Shown piece after piece: positions 61,205-64,000 of a DNA stretch of 64,000 nucleotides. Position numbers and translations under genes: made by a program. The DNA is from Oscillospiraceae bacterium (GTDB taxonomy: Bacteria; Bacillota; Clostridia; Oscillospirales; JAVBQB01), in assembly GCA_031549265.1 (NCBI GenBank), contig JAVBQB010000001.1, positions 20,027 to 84,026 of the forward strand. Reading direction: 5' to 3'. Numbering within the stretch: position 1 is the stretch's first letter; the number at the start of each line of letters is the position of its first letter. The notes under the pieces are model-generated. The model was not told where the DNA came from, did no database searches, and saw only the letters and a list, made by a program, of their open reading frames with translations.

Positions 61205-61570
61205 TTATTTCGCGTCGGGCGCTTGGCCGCCGGATCCTTTTGCGGATATAGCCCACCTCGTAAACTTCAGCCGAACCTTGTCGGCGCCGGTCTCGATGGT
61301 GATCTCATCGTCCTTAATAGCTATTATTTTCCCGATAACCCCGCCGATCGTCGTGATTTCATCTCCAACCATGAGCTCCTGGCGCATTTTGGCAACCGCT
61401 TTTTTGCGCTTGCTTTCAGGTCTGATCAGGATAAAGTAAAAGATGACGATGATCGCGATAAAGGGTAAGAATTGCATGACAGTTCCCCACATATCACCGC
61501 CGGCTGCGGGGGCTGCTCCTCCAGCGGCTGGGGCTGTCAAGAATAATCCTAGCATTCGAAATCCTCCCAA
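61205..61570 (-). CDS. yajC: Preprotein translocase subunit YajC
   Basis: FYFILIRPE.KR, GDEITTIGGVIG. Confidence 0.93.
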   Translation of the reverse strand: MGGFRMLGLFLTAPAAGGAAPAAGGDMWGTVMQFLPFIAIIVIFYFILIRPESKRKKAVAKMRQELMVGDEITTIGGVIGKIIAIKDDEITIETGADKVRLKFTRWAISAKGSGGQAPDAK

Positions 61571-61707
61571 AGTAATACTGTGTCAACGGACATTATAAGC
61601 AATAGAAGAAAATAATGCAAGTCTAATTTGCAATATCTTTCCAAAAATATTAAAAGAAACTTAAAAACCAGTTGGAAATATCAGTGTGAACAATAAAAAA
61701 CAAATAA

Positions 61708-62838
61708 TTAGATCCTGCGATCCAGAACTGACGAGTGTTCGTTCCGGAACGAATCAAACCGATCCTCTTCTATGGCTGTCCTGATTTCGCGCATAAGATT
61801 ATTGTAAAACCATAAATTGTGGATTACCGCAAGCCGCATCGCGAGCATTTCCTCGCACTTGAACAAATGCCTGAGATACGCTCTGGAAAAGTTTGCGCAC
61901 ACATGGCAGCCGCACTTGCCGTCAATCGGATTCTGATTCAGCGTGTACTTTTCATTTTTGAGATTTATTCTCCCTTGCCAGGTGTAAAGATGAGCGTGCC
62001 GCGCGTTTCTTGCCGGCATGACGCAGTCAAAGAAGTCGACGCCGCGGGAAACGCACTCGATGATATTGACCGGAGTGCCGACGCCCATCAGATAGCGCGG
62101 ACGGTCGGGTGGCATATGCGGCTCGACGGCGTCGATGATAGCGTACATTTCACCGGCAGTTTCGCCGACGGCAAGTCCGCCAATCGCGTATCCCGGCAGC
62201 TCCAGCCTCGCGATTTCACGCATATGCTTTACGCGCAAATCCTCGAAAACGCCGCCCTGATTGATGCCGAACAGCACCTGGCCGGGGTTGATGGCATCTG
62301 GGGCGGATACTTGCGTCCGCAGCTCCTGGTCGCACCTTTTCAGCCATCTGGTCGTCCGGTCGCAGGATACCCTGACATATTCATACGGCGACGGATTCTC
62401 GACGCATTCGTCCAAGGCCATGGCGATATCCGAGCCGAGGTACGCCTGAATGCGGATGCTGTCCTCGGGCGACATTTCGATTTTGCGGCCGTCGATGTGA
62501 GAGGCAAAGACGACCTGTTCTTCAGTGATTTTTCGGCGTGAGGCTAATGAGAAAACCTGAAAGCCCCCGCTGTCCGTCAGCATCGGGCCGTCCCAGCGCA
62601 TAAACCGGTGCAGCCCGCCCATCGCTTTAACGACCTTTTCACCCGGGCGCAGGTGCAGATGATAGGTGTTTGAAAGCTCTACCTGACAGCCAATTTCCTT
62701 TAGATCGAAAGCCGACAGTCCGCCTTTGATCGCGCCCTGCGTGCCGACATTCATAAAGACTGGAGTCTGGATTTCGCCGTGCGGCGTTTTGAACACTCCG
62801 CGCCGTGCTTTGCCGGATTTATTAAGTAGCTTAAATAT
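61708..62838 (-). CDS. tgt: tRNA-guanine transglycosylase
   Basis: TPVFMNVGT, NTYHL, TDSGGFQVFSL, DCVMP; the frame extends to an ATA at 62838. Confidence 0.96.
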   Translation of the reverse strand: MFKLLNKSGKARRGVFKTPHGEIQTPVFMNVGTQGAIKGGLSAFDLKEIGCQVELSNTYHLHLRPGEKVVKAMGGLHRFMRWDGPMLTDSGGFQVFSLASRRKITEEQVVFASHIDGRKIEMSPEDSIRIQAYLGSDIAMALDECVENPSPYEYVRVSCDRTTRWLKRCDQELRTQVSAPDAINPGQVLFGINQGGVFEDLRVKHMREIARLELPGYAIGGLAVGETAGEMYAIIDAVEPHMPPDRPRYLMGVGTPVNIIECVSRGVDFFDCVMPARNARHAHLYTWQGRINLKNEKYTLNQNPIDGKCGCHVCANFSRAYLRHLFKCEEMLAMRLAVIHNLWFYNNLMREIRTAIEEDRFDSFRNEHSSVLDRRI

Positions 62839-62851
62839 GATTATCCCTCGT

Positions 62852-63877
62852 TCAGTATATCAGCATGGCGTCGCCAAAGCTGAAAAACCTGTATTTTTGC
62901 GCGATCGCCTCAGCGTAGGCCGCAAGAACGTTTTCGCGCCCTGCCATAGCGGAGATCAGCATGATCAGCGTGCTCTCGGGTAGGTGGAAATTGGTCAGCA
63001 GCGCGTCGGTCTGGCGGAAGCTGTATCCGGGGTAGATGAAAATATCGTTCCAGACGGAGCCTGATTGCAGCCTGCCGTCATTGCCGGTCATATATTCAAG
63101 GGTGCGGCACGACGTGGTTCCGACAGCGACCACGCGTCCGCCGTTTTCCCTCGCGGCGTTGACAGCGTCGGCTGTTGCTTCGGGCACAATGCAGAATTCG
63201 CTGTGCATCGTGTGGTCGCGGATATCGTTAACCTTTACCGGCCGAAAGGTGCCGAGGCCGACATGCAGAGTAAGAAAGCGGACGTCGACTCCCCTGTCCC
63301 GGATTCGCTCGAGCGTCTGCTCGGTAAAGTGAAGCCCGGCTGTCGGCGCCGCCGCCGAGCCCGGCGGTTTGCTGTAGACTGTCTGGTAACGCTCCGGATT
63401 GTCCAGCCTTTTTGTTATATAAGGAGGCAGCGGCATTTGCCCGAGCCGCTCCAGAGTTTCAAGAAAAATTCCGGAGTAGTCGAAACGGACGAGGCGGTTG
63501 CCATCCTCCTTGACATGTTCCACGGAGGCGGTGAGCTCACCGCCTCCGAATTCAATGCGGGCGTTTTCGCGCAGTCGGCGTCCTGGCTTGACCAGACACT
63601 CCCACAGCCCGTTTTCGCGCTCTGTGAGCAATATCAGCTCGACAGCGCCGCCTGTGCCGGGTCGGTTACCTATCAGCCGCGCGGGAATGACCCTGGAATC
63701 GTTAAGGACCAGACAGTCGCCCGCTCTCAGCAGCTCCGGAAGGTCGGAAAATATGCGATGGCCGACCGCTCCCGAGTTTTTGTCCAGCGTCAGCAGTCTG
63801 GAGGAGTCCCGCTTTTCGAGCGCGGTCTGGGCGATCAGCTCTGGCGGCAGATCGAAATAGAAATCGCGTTTATCCAA
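62852..63877 (-). CDS. queA: SAM:tRNA ribosyltransferase-isomerase
   Basis: LPPELIAQ, AAPTAGLHF, TNFHLPESTL, YRFFSFGDAM. Confidence 0.97.
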   Translation of the reverse strand: MDKRDFYFDLPPELIAQTALEKRDSSRLLTLDKNSGAVGHRIFSDLPELLRAGDCLVLNDSRVIPARLIGNRPGTGGAVELILLTERENGLWECLVKPGRRLRENARIEFGGGELTASVEHVKEDGNRLVRFDYSGIFLETLERLGQMPLPPYITKRLDNPERYQTVYSKPPGSAAAPTAGLHFTEQTLERIRDRGVDVRFLTLHVGLGTFRPVKVNDIRDHTMHSEFCIVPEATADAVNAARENGGRVVAVGTTSCRTLEYMTGNDGRLQSGSVWNDIFIYPGYSFRQTDALLTNFHLPESTLIMLISAMAGRENVLAAYAEAIAQKYRFFSFGDAMLIY

Positions 63878-64000
63878 TTAATCACGCCTTAATATCATCC
63901 ATACGCATGGAATAAAAAGCAATTATTCCTTCGAAAATTTGCCTTGCACTTCGAAAAAAACACTTGCAAATACAGCTTTTCTTATCCATGAATACGGGTT

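Overview
A 64-kb chromosomal window from a spore-forming Clostridia-type firmicute; the lineage looks Oscillospiraceae/Ruminococcaceae-like, inferred from gene content. Most of it is ordinary core genome: asnS, radA, cwlD, a 2-oxoacid:ferredoxin oxidoreductase operon, the his operon, polC-ispG-rseP-dxr-cdsA-uppS-frr-pyrH-tsf-rpsB, xerD-spoIIM, proC, a SCIFF locus and yajC-tgt-queA. The standout feature is the spore-coat manganese-catalase gene cotJC, which is broken into three in-frame pieces (3321-3419, 7479-7587, 26345-26752). Two different skin-like elements separate the pieces, each with its own large serine recombinase and att-like ends (a short direct-repeat core plus inverted arms). Removing 4,071 bp and 18,761 bp restores a 600-nt ORF encoding a 199-aa CotJC. 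The 18.8-kb element contains housekeeping genes (pbp, FHA-ftsW, yebC, mrnC, carAB, dapF, dapL, guaA) rather than phage genes. A second pattern is loss of glutamine amidotransferase function: CarA lacks its Cys/His/Glu triad, GuaA has Cys->Ala, and hisH is absent from an otherwise complete his operon. I saw no rRNA, tRNA or CRISPR array. All family assignments come from recognising motifs by eye; no database searches were run.
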